A DNA stretch of 64,000 bases from Candidatus Gastranaerophilaceae bacterium (GCA_045651695.1 JAZRSZ010000050.1:1701-65700), one strand, 5' to 3'. Counted from the stretch's first letter, positions 17,973-31,190 are shown. Program-made: numbers and translations. Notes: a model not told the origin generated them from the letters alone.

Positions 17973-18998
17973 ATGAATGGAGGAAGAATGCTGAGCATGT
18001 CCATGAGTACAATTTATATGATATTGGGATTTTTGCTATCAATGACTGCATGTATCTCAAACGACATCATACAAACTTTAGGGACGTTTTATAGTGCTAA
18101 CAAAAAAACCCATTTTATTTGGTTATGGTTATTTGCCTCGACAATTATGATTGCAACAATTGCAACTGGTTGGTATATAAATGATGGCGATATGGCCTTT
18201 GGACTTTTAAGTAGAATACCTGTTGCAGAAGAATATACATTTTTATATTTATTGCCCCCAATTATTTTAATAATTTTAACTGAATTTGGAATCCCTGTTG
18301 CATCAACTTTTTTAATTTTAAGTGTGTTCTCTGTTAGTGATGTAGATGTAATTTGGATGATTTTAGCAAAATCTATCTTGGGCTATGTAATAGCATTTGT
18401 TGTTGCAATTATCTTATACAATATTATCGCCAGACCCCTTGAACGATATTTCTATTACACTCAAAAACGTTACCAAAACGAAAAAATTTCAAAATGGTGG
18501 ATGGCTGCAAAATGGATTTCCACAGCATTCATTTGGTCTCAATGGTTAATGCAAGATTCAGCCAAATTTTTCGTTTATTTACCAAGACATGCAACATTTG
18601 GCCAATTAATTTTTGCACTTGTAACTATGACAATATTTATGGGTATTTTAACATACCAAAGAGGTGGAAACATTCAAAATGTTGTTAAAATGAAAACCAA
18701 CGTTCAAGACCCTCGTTCAGCGACAATCATTGACTTAATTTATGCATTCTTATTATTATACTTCATTAGTTTAAATAATGTTCCAATGTCAACCACATGG
18801 GTATTTATAGGTTTATTGGCAGGTCGTGAAGTTGCATTATATCAACGTTTAAGATTTGAATCCCCTAAAAAAATGTATAAACATATTCTTAAAGATTTAA
18901 CAAAAGTATTTTTAGGATTAGTTGTTTCTATTGTAGCAGTAGTTTTATTAACTCAATATAACATTATATGGGAACATATAATCTCTTTCTTTGCATAA
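17973..18998 (+). CDS. Polytopic membrane protein, possibly a divergent PiT/PHO4-family transporter.
   Basis: About 9-10 hydrophobic segments. The N-terminal ISNDIIQTLGT resembles GANDVANAxGT, and the C-terminal PMSTTWVFIGLLAG resembles PVSTTHxxxGxxxG of PiT. Several start codons are possible (17973-18009). Confidence 0.4.
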   Translation: MNGGRMLSMSMSTIYMILGFLLSMTACISNDIIQTLGTFYSANKKTHFIWLWLFASTIMIATIATGWYINDGDMAFGLLSRIPVAEEYTFLYLLPPIILIILTEFGIPVASTFLILSVFSVSDVDVIWMILAKSILGYVIAFVVAIILYNIIARPLERYFYYTQKRYQNEKISKWWMAAKWISTAFIWSQWLMQDSAKFFVYLPRHATFGQLIFALVTMTIFMGILTYQRGGNIQNVVKMKTNVQDPRSATIIDLIYAFLLLYFISLNNVPMSTTWVFIGLLAGREVALYQRLRFESPKKMYKHILKDLTKVFLGLVVSIVAVVLLTQYNIIWEHIISFFA

Positions 18999-19007
18999 GG
19001 AGTTTAG

Positions 19008-20774
19008 ATGGCAAGAATTAAACAATTATCAAAACACCTTATAAACCAAATCGCAGCAGGAGAAGTAATTGAACGTCCTGCATCAGTGGTAAAAGAACTT
19101 GTTGAAAATTCAATTGATGCTGGTGCGACAAAAATTAGCGTTGAAATTACAAATGATTGCAGAGATATAAGAGTTGCAGACAATGGTTCTGGAATACATC
19201 CTGAAGATATTGTACTCGCCTTTTCTAAACACGCAACAAGCAAATTGCAAAAGGACGAAGATTTGTTTGAAATCCAAACATTAGGATTTAGAGGCGAAGC
19301 CCTTGCAAGTATCATTTCCATTTCAAAATTAACTTGTACAACTCGCACAAAAGATTTTGAAACTGGCACTAAAGTAAAGTGCGAGAATTCCGAAGTTAAA
19401 CAAGTGGAAACAGGTTGTGCAATAGGTACAATTATGGATATCAAGGATTTATTTTATAATGTACCTGTTAGACTTAAATTCTTAAGAAACCCTAATACTG
19501 AATTCTCGTACATTCAAGAGATTGTTCAATCTTTGGCATTGATAAACACTAATATATCTTTTGAACTTAAAAAGTTTGGTAAAACTGTTTTAAAAACAAC
19601 TGGGCAAGGGAATTTGAATCAAACAATCAAAGAAATTTATTCTTCTGACATGAATAATAACCTCAAATCTGTATTAAAAACCGATGAAATTTCAGGTTTG
19701 AAAATTTTTGGTTTAATAAGCAAACCTGATTTTACACGTTCAAGCAAAAAAGATTATCATTTGTATATTAATTCACGTTCTGTAAAATGTCCTGTAATAC
19801 AAAAATCAATTGATATGGTTTATAAAACTTTAATTGCAAATGGTAAATATCCATTTGTTATTTTAAATGTTGAAATTCCACCACATGATGTGGATGTAAA
19901 TGTTCATCCTACAAAAAAAGAAGTTCGTTATAAAAATACGAACCAAATATTCAATTTTGTAAGAACCGCAGTAGAGGGCGGACTCGCTAATTATGTGGAA
20001 CAAACACCTACCATCCAGAATGTAATTGAATTCAGGCCTCAACATTCAGAAATAAAAATAGATAAAGAAGAAGATACGATGTATGTTTCTGATTTTATGA
20101 TGAAAAAGATAGAAGACGAAGTTAAACCTATTCTTTATGCTGAACCAAAGCCAATAGAAACATTACAACAAACATCCCAACAAACATTTATCCAAGAACA
20201 TTTTGCACAAGAAGAGGAAGAAAACGAAAACATTATTGGTCAATATAAAAACACATATATATTGATTGAAACGCCAGAGGGATTAGAAATAGTTGACCAA
20301 CATATTGCACAAGAAAGATTTATATATGAAAAATTAAAATCTGAAAAACAAGTCGCATCACAAATTTTGTTTATTTCTGATGTTGTAGAAGTTGCACCTA
20401 GCGATATTGCAATAATCAAAGAAAATCTAGAAAAATTTGAAAAATTTGGTTTTGGTATAGAAATAATAAATGACCACGAATTAGTTTTTAGAAAAGTTCC
20501 TGTACTAATTGCCAAGGTCAATCCAAAAGATATTATTGCTGATATTTTATCGAATATTGAAGGAGATATAGACAACCTTGAAGAACGAATATTAATTACA
20601 ACATCCTGCAAGGCTTCTGTCAAAGCGAACCAAAAATTAACTATGTGGCAAATGCAAGAAATTATCAAAAATTGGCGAACAACGAAAATGCCTTACACTT
20701 GTCCACACGGAAGGCCAATTTCACACATTATCGCACACAAAGATATTGCTCATTTCTTTGAAAGACAAAAATAA
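19008..20774 (+). CDS. mutL: DNA mismatch repair protein MutL (endonuclease-type).
   Basis: N-terminal GHKL ATPase IKQLSKHLINQIAAGEVIERPASVVKELVENSIDAGAT. The C-terminus carries the endonuclease motif DQHIAQERFIYE and CPHGRP. Confidence 0.95.
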   Translation: MARIKQLSKHLINQIAAGEVIERPASVVKELVENSIDAGATKISVEITNDCRDIRVADNGSGIHPEDIVLAFSKHATSKLQKDEDLFEIQTLGFRGEALASIISISKLTCTTRTKDFETGTKVKCENSEVKQVETGCAIGTIMDIKDLFYNVPVRLKFLRNPNTEFSYIQEIVQSLALINTNISFELKKFGKTVLKTTGQGNLNQTIKEIYSSDMNNNLKSVLKTDEISGLKIFGLISKPDFTRSSKKDYHLYINSRSVKCPVIQKSIDMVYKTLIANGKYPFVILNVEIPPHDVDVNVHPTKKEVRYKNTNQIFNFVRTAVEGGLANYVEQTPTIQNVIEFRPQHSEIKIDKEEDTMYVSDFMMKKIEDEVKPILYAEPKPIETLQQTSQQTFIQEHFAQEEEENENIIGQYKNTYILIETPEGLEIVDQHIAQERFIYEKLKSEKQVASQILFISDVVEVAPSDIAIIKENLEKFEKFGFGIEIINDHELVFRKVPVLIAKVNPKDIIADILSNIEGDIDNLEERILITTSCKASVKANQKLTMWQMQEIIKNWRTTKMPYTCPHGRPISHIIAHKDIAHFFERQK

Positions 20775-21824
20775 TTATTGAATATTTGCAGAAAGACAAG
20801 ATTTTTCATAATGCAAATGTTCAATCATAGGATTAACCCTTGTCATCATATCCTTAAACGTTTCAATAGAAAGCGTTTGTTTACCATCAGAAAGTGCATT
20901 TTCAGGGTTATGATGAACTTCAATCATAACACCATCGGCACCAACTACCAAACCTGCTTTTGTCATAGGTTCAATCAAATATTTTTGGCCTGTGGCATGA
21001 CTTGGATCAACTATTATCGGCAAGTGAGATAATTTTTTAATAACAGGAACACTTGCTATATCCATAACATTACGAGTAAATGTAGAATCAAAACTTCTTA
21101 TTCCTCTTTCACACAAAATAACATTATGATTACCTGCATGCATGATATGTTCCGCTGCTAATAAAAATTCTCTTATAGTGCTTGCCATACCTCTTTTTAA
21201 AATTACAGGTTTATTACATTGGCCTACGGCTTTTAAAAGTTTAAAGTTTTGCATGTTTCTTGCACCGATTTGAATTACATCTGCATATTTACAAACCAAA
21301 TCTATATCGGCAGAATCCATAACTTCAGTTACTACCAAAAGCCCTGTTTCATCACTTGCTCTTTTTAAATTCTGCAATGCTAATTCTTCATAACCTTGAA
21401 AATCATATGGTGATGTTCTCGGTTTGAATGCCCCACCACGCAAAAATTGGCAACCTGTTTCTTTAGCTGCAATAGCAACTTTTTTCAAGGATTCATATTC
21501 TTCTTCAACAGAACAAGGACCAATAATCATTACAGGAGTATTTTCTCCTCCTATTTTAACTCCATTTGCAAATTCAATTACAGTATCCTCAGATTTTCTA
21601 TCACGAGAAGCAAGCCTAAAGGGCTCTCTAATCATTTTCACTTCTTTAACACCTTCTAAAGCACTCAACCTATCTGCTGTTAAAGATGTTTTATCACCAA
21701 AAGCATCAATAGTTGTAAGAAGTTCTCCTTTATTTACAACATATTTAAATCCATGTTCTTCAAGAGTTACTACAACCTTATTTATATTTTCTGAAGAAGC
21801 CTTTGGCTCCATTACTATAATCAT
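20775..21824 (-). CDS. aroF: 3-deoxy-7-phosphoheptulonate (DAHP) synthase, type I-beta, with an N-terminal regulatory domain. The start is revised to the ATG at 21824.
   Basis: Motifs are IIGPCSVE, FLRGGAFKPRTSPYDFQG, VIQIGARNMQN, PVILKRG and DPSHATG. The SD AAGGAGAGAAGT lies directly before the ATG at 21824 (MIIVMEPK...). Confidence 0.9.
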   Translation of the reverse strand: MIIVMEPKASSENINKVVVTLEEHGFKYVVNKGELLTTIDAFGDKTSLTADRLSALEGVKEVKMIREPFRLASRDRKSEDTVIEFANGVKIGGENTPVMIIGPCSVEEEYESLKKVAIAAKETGCQFLRGGAFKPRTSPYDFQGYEELALQNLKRASDETGLLVVTEVMDSADIDLVCKYADVIQIGARNMQNFKLLKAVGQCNKPVILKRGMASTIREFLLAAEHIMHAGNHNVILCERGIRSFDSTFTRNVMDIASVPVIKKLSHLPIIVDPSHATGQKYLIEPMTKAGLVVGADGVMIEVHHNPENALSDGKQTLSIETFKDMMTRVNPMIEHLHYEKSCLSANIQ

Positions 21825-21899
21825 ACTTCTCTCCTTGTTGCAATTATTATAACATAGCAAAGTTGGATATACAATAAATTTTTATGTTATAGTAAGAAT

Positions 21900-22685
21900 A
21901 TGAAATTTGCGATATGTTACAACAAAAATATAAAAAACTCCCAAGATATTTTAACAGAATTAGAAACAACTTTGTCAAAAAATAATATCAAAGCAGATGT
22001 ATTGAATATTGACAAATTAAAATCTGGATATGATTTTGTTTTTGTAATCGGCGGAGATGGAACTATATTAAAAGCCGCAAGATTTTATGCAAAAACCTCT
22101 ACTCCTATTTTTGGGATTAATTTAGGTAGATTAGGTTATTTATCACAATCTTCAAAAGAAGATCTCGATGATACTGTCGAAAAAATACTAAAAGAAAACT
22201 ATAAAATAGAAGACAGAATAATGCTTGAGAGTGACTCTAAAACAGCACTAAATGACATTGTTGTGAAAGGAACTACCAATGGTAGAACATCGCGATTTTC
22301 ATTAAAAATCAATGACAAATTTGTATGTGATTACTTGGCTGATGGTATCATCATCACAACACCAACAGGTTCAACTGCATACGGTTTATCTGCTGGTGGC
22401 CCAATTATTTCGCCAAAACTAAATGCTTTTGTGATTGTTCCTATATGCCCCCATACATTAAGCGCAAGACCTTTAGTGATTCCTGACGACGAAATTATCA
22501 CAATATGCACTGATAATAAATCCTTTGCATCTTGTGATGGTCAAGAATTTTATGAATTTAAAAAAGAAATACAAATTAAAAAATCAAAATATAGTGCAAA
22601 ATTAGCATTATTAGATGGCGCCGGTTTCTATTCAATTTTAAGAAATAAACTCCATTGGGGAGTTTCACCAGCTTGTATAAAATAA
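21900..22685 (+). CDS. nadK: NAD kinase.
   Basis: Motifs are FVIGGDGTILKAAR, GINLGRLGYL, NDIVV and ADGIIITTPTGSTAYGLSAGGPI. Confidence 0.9.
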   Translation: MKFAICYNKNIKNSQDILTELETTLSKNNIKADVLNIDKLKSGYDFVFVIGGDGTILKAARFYAKTSTPIFGINLGRLGYLSQSSKEDLDDTVEKILKENYKIEDRIMLESDSKTALNDIVVKGTTNGRTSRFSLKINDKFVCDYLADGIIITTPTGSTAYGLSAGGPIISPKLNAFVIVPICPHTLSARPLVIPDDEIITICTDNKSFASCDGQEFYEFKKEIQIKKSKYSAKLALLDGAGFYSILRNKLHWGVSPACIK

Positions 22686-22835
22686 TTTAAAATTATATTA
22701 ACTTTTGTTCATAATTTGACAAAAAATATTGTACTTTTTTTCTATTTTACATAGTATAATGTTATAGTAATCTCACTTAGTTTAAGTGGGTTATTAGTCG
22801 AAAAGTTAAACATACACAATAAAGAGGTAAAAATA

Positions 22836-24002
22836 GTGGAAAATTTCGTATCAGATATCTTTGCTAAGAAAGATGAAACAACTAACGACACAATGAAAAG
22901 ATCTCCAATCAACCCTACAAACATTAAAGTAGTTGGTGTTGGTGGTGGCGGTGGAAACGCTGTTAACCGAATGATTAAAGCAGGTTTGTCAAACGTAGAA
23001 TTTTGGTTAATGAATACAGATTTACAAGTATTGGAATATGGCCAAACTCAAAACAAAATTCAATTAGGTTCAAGTTCAACAAAAGGTTTGGGTGCTGGTG
23101 GCGATCCTTCAGTTGGTGAAAAAGCCGCTGAAGAAGCACAAAAAGAAATCACTGCTGCACTTGAAGGCGCAGATATGGTATTTATCACTGCTGGTATGGG
23201 TGGTGGAACAGGTACTGGTGCTGCTCCTGTTGTTGCCAAAATCGCAAAAGAATTAGGTATTTTAACAGTTGCTGTTGTAACAAAACCTTTCTCTTGGGAA
23301 GGTAAGAAAAGACAAAACCAAGCAGTTCAAGGTTTGGAAAAACTTAGAGAAGCAGTTGATGCTGTTATCGTAATTCCTAACGACAAATTATTACAAGTTG
23401 TTGACAGACAAGTATCTCTTACAGAATCATTCATCATTGTTGATGAAGTCCTATTAAGAGGTGTTCAAGGTATATCTGATATAATCACAATCCCAGGAAT
23501 GATAAACGTTGACTTTGCAGACGTAAGAACAGTAATGCAATCTTCAGGTTCTGCATTGATGGGTATTGGTCGTGGTCAAGGTGAAGGCAGAGCAATCAAA
23601 GCAGCTGAAATCGCTATCAATTCTCAATTACTTGAAACATCTATCCAAGGTGCATCAGGTGTTATCGTTAACATTACTGGTGGTCCTGATATGACACTTC
23701 ATGAAATCACAGATGCTGCTAACATCATCCACGATGCAGTATTAGATGATGCAAGCGTTATTATCGGTACTAACGTTAACGAAAATATTCAAGGTGAAAT
23801 TCAAGTTACTGTTATCGCAACAGGATTTGAACTTAAAAACACACTTCCTGCAAACCAAATGGTTGAAAAAATGCCTACAGCAGCAGATTACTTCGCTAGC
23901 GGTGGTTTAAGCAGTTCATTCAACCAACCTAGAAGAACTTCTATTCCTGAAGTTTCTCCTAGTTTCACAAATATTGAAATCCCTGATTTCTTGAAAAAGT
24001 AG
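22836..24002 (+). CDS. ftsZ: Cell division GTPase FtsZ (GTG start, N-terminal extension).
   Basis: Motifs are [25 protein letters not shown] and [18 protein letters not shown]. The SD AAAGAGG lies 8 nt before the GTG. Confidence 0.95.
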   Translation: MENFVSDIFAKKDETTNDTMKRSPINPTNIKVVGVGGGGGNAVNRMIKAGLSNVEFWLMNTDLQVLEYGQTQNKIQLGSSSTKGLGAGGDPSVGEKAAEEAQKEITAALEGADMVFITAGMGGGTGTGAAPVVAKIAKELGILTVAVVTKPFSWEGKKRQNQAVQGLEKLREAVDAVIVIPNDKLLQVVDRQVSLTESFIIVDEVLLRGVQGISDIITIPGMINVDFADVRTVMQSSGSALMGIGRGQGEGRAIKAAEIAINSQLLETSIQGASGVIVNITGGPDMTLHEITDAANIIHDAVLDDASVIIGTNVNENIQGEIQVTVIATGFELKNTLPANQMVEKMPTAADYFASGGLSSSFNQPRRTSIPEVSPSFTNIEIPDFLKK

Positions 24003-24026
24003 GAAATAGTATGAAATAAGATTCAA

Positions 24027-24053
24027 GGGAACGGTAAAACGTTCCCTTTTTTT
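24027..24053 (+). terminator. Intrinsic terminator after ftsZ.
   Basis: GGGAACG-GTAAAA-CGTTCCC is followed by TTTTTTT. Confidence 0.85.
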
Positions 24054-24085
24054 GTGTTATAATCAAAACATATAAGGAGTAGAAA

Positions 24086-26902
<2,817 letters not shown>

Positions 26903-26903
<1 letters not shown>

Positions 26904-27319
26904 TGAGAAAGAATGCAAAAATAATACAAATAAATGGACTTAGAGGACTAATTATGGCAATGTTTATAGTTACTTGCCTTATTGCAGGGTTTGTTATATT
27001 CCCTGGTTTTGTGACCATGAATATTTGGAATTATTTTGCAACATTTATTCCAAAATTAAACATATACCAAGGCGTGTTATTATGGGCAATTATTGCATTT
27101 ATTTTGTTTGTAATTAACAAACAAACATTCTCTGTAACCATTGCTAGCCCAAAAGAACTTAATGACGAAGAAATGAACATGCTTATGGAAAGAATTAAAA
27201 TGGATTCTCAAGCAAGAATGTTCAACAAAATGATAGTTAAAAACCTTGAAGAACTAGAAAAGAAAGAATTGACAGAATCTATTGAAACAAATGAATTAGA
27301 AGAATCTTCCGAAAAATAA
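26903..27319 (+). CDS. Hypothetical small membrane protein (two TM segments plus an acidic tail).
   Basis: The start overlaps the ligA stop (TAATG). Hydrophobic segments are LIMAMFIVTCLIAGFVIFPGF and VLLWAIIAFILFVI. Confidence 0.5.
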
Positions 27320-27320
27320 A

Positions 27321-28121
27321 CTATTTTATTATCATAAAAGATTTAAGCATTCTTCCACCACCGTCTCCAACAGTGGAAACGACTTCCAAATTCTTTTTAT
27401 AATTCAATGATGTCGAACTACCACCATCAAAAGCCATTGCCCTTTCAAAACCTAAATTTTTGCATAAGGTTTGAACTTCATACATATCCATAGGGTGTTC
27501 ATCTGTAATTATTAAAATATGAGCATTATTATCTTTTATTCCTATTATCGTTCTAGGAACTTTATGCAAAACTGATGCAGATTCTCTAATAATATTGCCT
27601 TCTTTATCTTTTTCTATAAAATATTCTTCTTCAAGACGTAATTCAGGTAAAATTAAAGGCCCCCCTTGTGCGGAGGTTACCAAATCACAAGAAAAATCAA
27701 CTGCGGTTTTATGAGGCACAATTTCATAACGATATTTATTATCACAATCTAAAACCCTAAATTCAGTACGATTAATTATCTTGTCTAAATTTTTGCGTAA
27801 AAACGGATTATTTAGCAAATTTTCATTTAACAATGGGTCTACTTCTGTATTTCGTTCTGAAACAATATAAGAAATTGTTTTTGAATTTGTAGGATCAAAA
27901 AATCCTGCATTAATAGTTAATTTTGATTTTGAAGTAAAATGTGCTTCTCTATTCGTAATCAAACTTTCACTAACAATAAATTTAATTTTTCTTTTAATTT
28001 TTTCACCCTGTAAAACGATATGGTAAATACCATTCGCATATTTTATATCAATATCACCTGCAAAAACACTGTTTACTGATAAAAATAGACCTAATAACAA
28101 TATTAAAAATCGTTTTGACAT
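27321..28121 (-). CDS. Secreted phosphodiester glycosidase-family (DUF2233-like) protein.
   Basis: A signal peptide is followed by INAGFFD ... AMAFDGGSSTSL, resembling the NAGPA/DUF2233 signature. Confidence 0.55.
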   Translation of the reverse strand: MSKRFLILLLGLFLSVNSVFAGDIDIKYANGIYHIVLQGEKIKRKIKFIVSESLITNREAHFTSKSKLTINAGFFDPTNSKTISYIVSERNTEVDPLLNENLLNNPFLRKNLDKIINRTEFRVLDCDNKYRYEIVPHKTAVDFSCDLVTSAQGGPLILPELRLEEEYFIEKDKEGNIIRESASVLHKVPRTIIGIKDNNAHILIITDEHPMDMYEVQTLCKNLGFERAMAFDGGSSTSLNYKKNLEVVSTVGDGGGRMLKSFMIIK

Positions 28122-29233
28122 TATAAATCCTTTACTTTATAAAATCCTATAATTGCACCTAAAAATGCTAAAGGTGGGAATGCAGCAGTAATTAACGGTG
28201 GCAAAATTCCTTTTTCAGCCAACAAATCAAAGAATGGTAATGTAATATAATATAAGAATATGCAACCAATAGCAATCGTAAACCCAATTAACCTTTGTTC
28301 TCTCGGTTTGCTAAAACCTAACAAGCAACCCATAATAGCCAACAATATACAAACAAAAGGATGGAAGTATCTTTGTAAATATTTATTTTTCATATAACGA
28401 TATTCCTCATCCATACCTTCTGTTTTTAATAATTTCACATATCTACGCAAATCGGTACAATTAATTTCTCTTTCTTTTTTTGTAGAATAAGACATTAAAA
28501 TATAAGCATTCTGCGCCGCTTCAGAATTTAAAACAGACATCGTATCAATTTTTCCAATATCTTCAAAAATACCATCTCTCGAAATTTGATAACGAATTAT
28601 ATCTTTCAGTTCCCATTTATCATCCATAACAAGCCCTGTCTTTGCATAATAAATATTGGACAATTGTTGCACATCAGAATAAACTTCACTAGAAAAATCA
28701 AGAACAATAACACTTTCTAAATTTTTTCCCTTTGATTTGGAAACAACAATTGTTTGCAAAGGTGCTCCCGATTTATCTTTTTGATTGTAAACAAATTGTG
28801 TTGCTTTGACAGAACCAGAAAGTTCACGTGTTTTATACGCAGCATATGGGATTAACTTATCACCTGTGTAATAGCATAAAAAAGTAACTATTATGCTCAA
28901 TACAACAACCGGTGCTATGATTCTTTTAAAAGAAAGACCTACTGCTCTAAAAATAGTAAGTTCACAGTCTTTACTCAATTTATCAAAAGTAAACAGTGTT
29001 CCTAACAATAAACCAACAGGAAATGCTTTACCTAAAATTTTTGGTAATTCATAAACTATATACATTATAGCCGTTTTCACAGGATAATGTCCTGCTAAAG
29101 TATTTTTTATTGTATTCAAAAGCATTTCTGGTGCAATCCAAACGATTGTAAACAACAAAATCGCCACACAAGTTGTAAAAAATACTTGCTTAAAAATGTA
29201 TCTATCATAAATTGTAATTTCAGGTAATTTCAT
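28121..29233 (-). CDS. LPS export ABC permease, LptF/LptG (YjgP/YjgQ) family.
   Basis: It begins IYDRYIFKQVFFTTCVAILLF, with three TM segments, a periplasmic beta-jellyroll-sized insert, then three more TM segments. It directly follows lptB with an overlapping stop and start. Confidence 0.8.
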   Translation of the reverse strand: MKLPEITIYDRYIFKQVFFTTCVAILLFTIVWIAPEMLLNTIKNTLAGHYPVKTAIMYIVYELPKILGKAFPVGLLLGTLFTFDKLSKDCELTIFRAVGLSFKRIIAPVVVLSIIVTFLCYYTGDKLIPYAAYKTRELSGSVKATQFVYNQKDKSGAPLQTIVVSKSKGKNLESVIVLDFSSEVYSDVQQLSNIYYAKTGLVMDDKWELKDIIRYQISRDGIFEDIGKIDTMSVLNSEAAQNAYILMSYSTKKEREINCTDLRRYVKLLKTEGMDEEYRYMKNKYLQRYFHPFVCILLAIMGCLLGFSKPREQRLIGFTIAIGCIFLYYITLPFFDLLAEKGILPPLITAAFPPLAFLGAIIGFYKVKDL

Positions 29234-29958
29234 TATAAAGCGAAATCCTTTCCTAAATAAAATTCTTTCGCAACAGGGTCAACAGCAACGTCTTCACTTT
29301 TACCTTGAATTTTAATTTTACCATCAAAAATGACATATGCTCTATCTGTAATAGATAAAGTTGCTTTAGGATTGTGGTCTGTAATCAAAACGCCCAAGCC
29401 TTTATCTTCTGATAATTTTCTTATGTTATCTTTAATCTCACCAATAGCAATCGGATCAATACCTGTAAATGGTTCATCTAACAATATAAAATCTGGACTT
29501 GCGGCTAATGCTCTTGCCAATTCAACCCTTCTTCTTTCTCCACCTGATAATGAAATTGCAGAATAAGAACGTAATCTTAAAACCCCAAACTCTGCCAATA
29601 ATTCTTCCAATTTGCGTTTCTTTTCATCTTCAGTAAGTTTTTCATTCATTTGCAAAACAAGTTTTATATTTTCTTCAACAGTAAGTTTTCTAAAAATAGA
29701 TGATTCTTGTGGCAAATATCCAATACCGGCCTTTGCTCTAAGGTTCATCGGCCAAGCAGAAATATCTTCATTATCCAAAAATACATTACCCTTGTTAGGC
29801 TTAACTAAACCTACAATCATATAAAATGTAGTTGTTTTACCTGCACCATTTGGCCCTAACAAACAAACTACTTCGCCTTTATTAACTTCGAAAGAAACGT
29901 CATTTACAACGCTTCTATCTCCATATATTTTAATAAGATTTTTGGCTTCAATTCTCAT
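29233..29958 (-). CDS. lptB: LPS export ABC transporter ATP-binding protein LptB. The start is revised to the ATG at 29958.
   Basis: It begins MRIEAKNLIKIYGDRSVVNDVS, with Walker A GPNGAGKTT, signature LSGGERRR, Walker B ILLDEP, and the LptB-type C-terminal tail. Confidence 0.9.
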   Translation of the reverse strand: MRIEAKNLIKIYGDRSVVNDVSFEVNKGEVVCLLGPNGAGKTTTFYMIVGLVKPNKGNVFLDNEDISAWPMNLRAKAGIGYLPQESSIFRKLTVEENIKLVLQMNEKLTEDEKKRKLEELLAEFGVLRLRSYSAISLSGGERRRVELARALAASPDFILLDEPFTGIDPIAIGEIKDNIRKLSEDKGLGVLITDHNPKATLSITDRAYVIFDGKIKIQGKSEDVAVDPVAKEFYLGKDFAL

Positions 29959-30146
29959 AAAAAATAATCCCCTTTTAGTCAATATTTTAACTGAAAAACA
30001 TTTTTATTGCAATTTATTAGAGTTCTAAATAATCATATATTTAAAAAAACATTAACAAATGTAACAATAAATAGTATATACGTTATATATCCACAAAAAA
30101 GTGGAATACATGAGTATAACCATTTTCTTTATTTTCTCCTACACAC

Positions 30147-30166
30147 TAACCTTTTTACTAATATGA
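30147..30166. repeat. Copy A of an identical 20-nt intergenic motif TAACCTTTTTACTAATATGA (copy B is at 43448-43467).
   Basis: An exact 20/20 match between two unlinked intergenic regions. Both copies continue into G-free tracts on the plus strand (C-free on the minus strand). Confidence 0.9.
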
Positions 30167-30167
30167 T

Positions 30168-30190
30168 GCCGTTTTAGGACGGCTATTTTT
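30168..30190 (+). terminator. Terminator-like hairpin whose U-tail is on the plus strand only, convergent on the trpS stop codon.
   Basis: GCCGT-TTTAGG-ACGGC is followed by TATTTTTATT on the plus strand. On the minus strand the hairpin is followed by AUCAUAUUAG, so there is no U-tail. No plus-strand CDS lies upstream. Confidence 0.45.
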
Positions 30191-31190
30191 ATTGATACAT
30201 TCCGATTATATTTTTAACTTCAGCAAGAACTTTTTTTGCTTCATTTCTTGCTTTTTCGGAACCAGTACGAATAATTTCTATAACTTCATCAGTGTGTGTT
30301 TCGTAATATTTTCTGCGTTCCCTTATTACGCTTAATTTTTCATTTACAACAACACCAAGACGTCTTTTGCAGTCTGCACAACCAATTAAACCTTTTTCGC
30401 AATCACATTTAATTGAGTTTACTTGCTCTTCAGCGGCAAAAATTTGCCAATATTTATATGCTACTTCACAATTTTCAGGATGGCCTAAGTCATCTCTTCT
30501 AATTCGAGTTCTATCCGTAATTGCTGACATAATTTTTTTGGCAGTAACCTCTTCAGAGTCAGACATTTTAATATCGTTGTTATAAGATTTACTCATCTTG
30601 TTGCCGTCTAAACCACAAATCAAAGAACATTTATTCAATATTGGCTGAGGTTCGTTAAAGAATTGTGTTTTATAAATATTATTAAATCTTCTAGCAATAT
30701 CTCTTGTTATTTCAATGTGTGCAACTTGATCAATACCAACCGGAACTGCATTTGCATTTAACATCATAATATCTGCACTCATCAAAACAGGATACCCCAT
30801 TAAACCATAACTAATTTGAGAGTTTGAGCCATCTTTAGTACGTAATATTTTTGCCATATCCTTTAAGGTTGGATCACGTTCAACCCAATTTTGCGGAGTA
30901 ATCATACTTAAATAAATATTTAACTCTGCAATTTCAGGAACCATAGATTGAACATAAATAGTTGATTTTTTAGGATCAATACCAGACGCTAACCAATCAA
31001 TTACAACGTCTATAACATCTTGTTTCAAATCTTTTGTATCGTCATATTTAGTCGTCAAAGCATGCCAGTCAGCAACAAAGAAATAACACTCATTGTCATT
31101 TTGAAGATTAACCCAATTTTCAATTACACCTAAATAATGCCCCAAGTGTAATCTGCCAGTTGATCTCATTCCTGAAACTATTCGTCGCAT
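30189..31190 (-). CDS. trpS: Tryptophan--tRNA ligase. The start is revised to the ATG at 31190.
   Basis: It begins MRRIVSGMRSTGRLHLGHYLG (HIGH-type motif) and carries KMSKS. The SD AAGGTAGG precedes the ATG at 31190. The track start at 31259 lies inside the upstream terminator. Confidence 0.92.
   Translation of the reverse strand: MRRIVSGMRSTGRLHLGHYLGVIENWVNLQNDNECYFFVADWHALTTKYDDTKDLKQDVIDVVIDWLASGIDPKKSTIYVQSMVPEIAELNIYLSMITPQNWVERDPTLKDMAKILRTKDGSNSQISYGLMGYPVLMSADIMMLNANAVPVGIDQVAHIEITRDIARRFNNIYKTQFFNEPQPILNKCSLICGLDGNKMSKSYNNDIKMSDSEEVTAKKIMSAITDRTRIRRDDLGHPENCEVAYKYWQIFAAEEQVNSIKCDCEKGLIGCADCKRRLGVVVNEKLSVIRERRKYYETHTDEVIEIIRTGSEKARNEAKKVLAEVKNIIGMYQ

Noticed and set aside
19004-19444. 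Long antisense or shadow ORFs in the track. Examples: 19004-19444 opposite mutL, 21424-21852 opposite the DAHP synthase, 16214-16513 and 16584-16952 opposite or abutting ycf45, 20240-20668, 25742-26056, 26483-26836, 36403-36840, 57353-57706, 59457-59831, 61256-61588, 62671-63000.
   Set aside because: Each lies wholly or largely inside a longer ORF on the other strand that has unmistakable family motifs. Their translations are low-complexity (S/I/F/L-rich), have no SD or promoter, and fit no domain. This is typical mirror-frame openness in AT-rich DNA.
22716-22760. An ftsZ promoter from the TTGACA at 22716-22721 or the TATAAT at 22755-22760.
   Set aside because: The perfect -35 and the perfect -10 are 33 nt apart, so they cannot belong to the same promoter. 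Neither has a convincing partner hexamer at 16-19 nt. I therefore did not annotate it. The hairpin CACTTA-GTT-TAAGTG in the leader is noted but unexplained.
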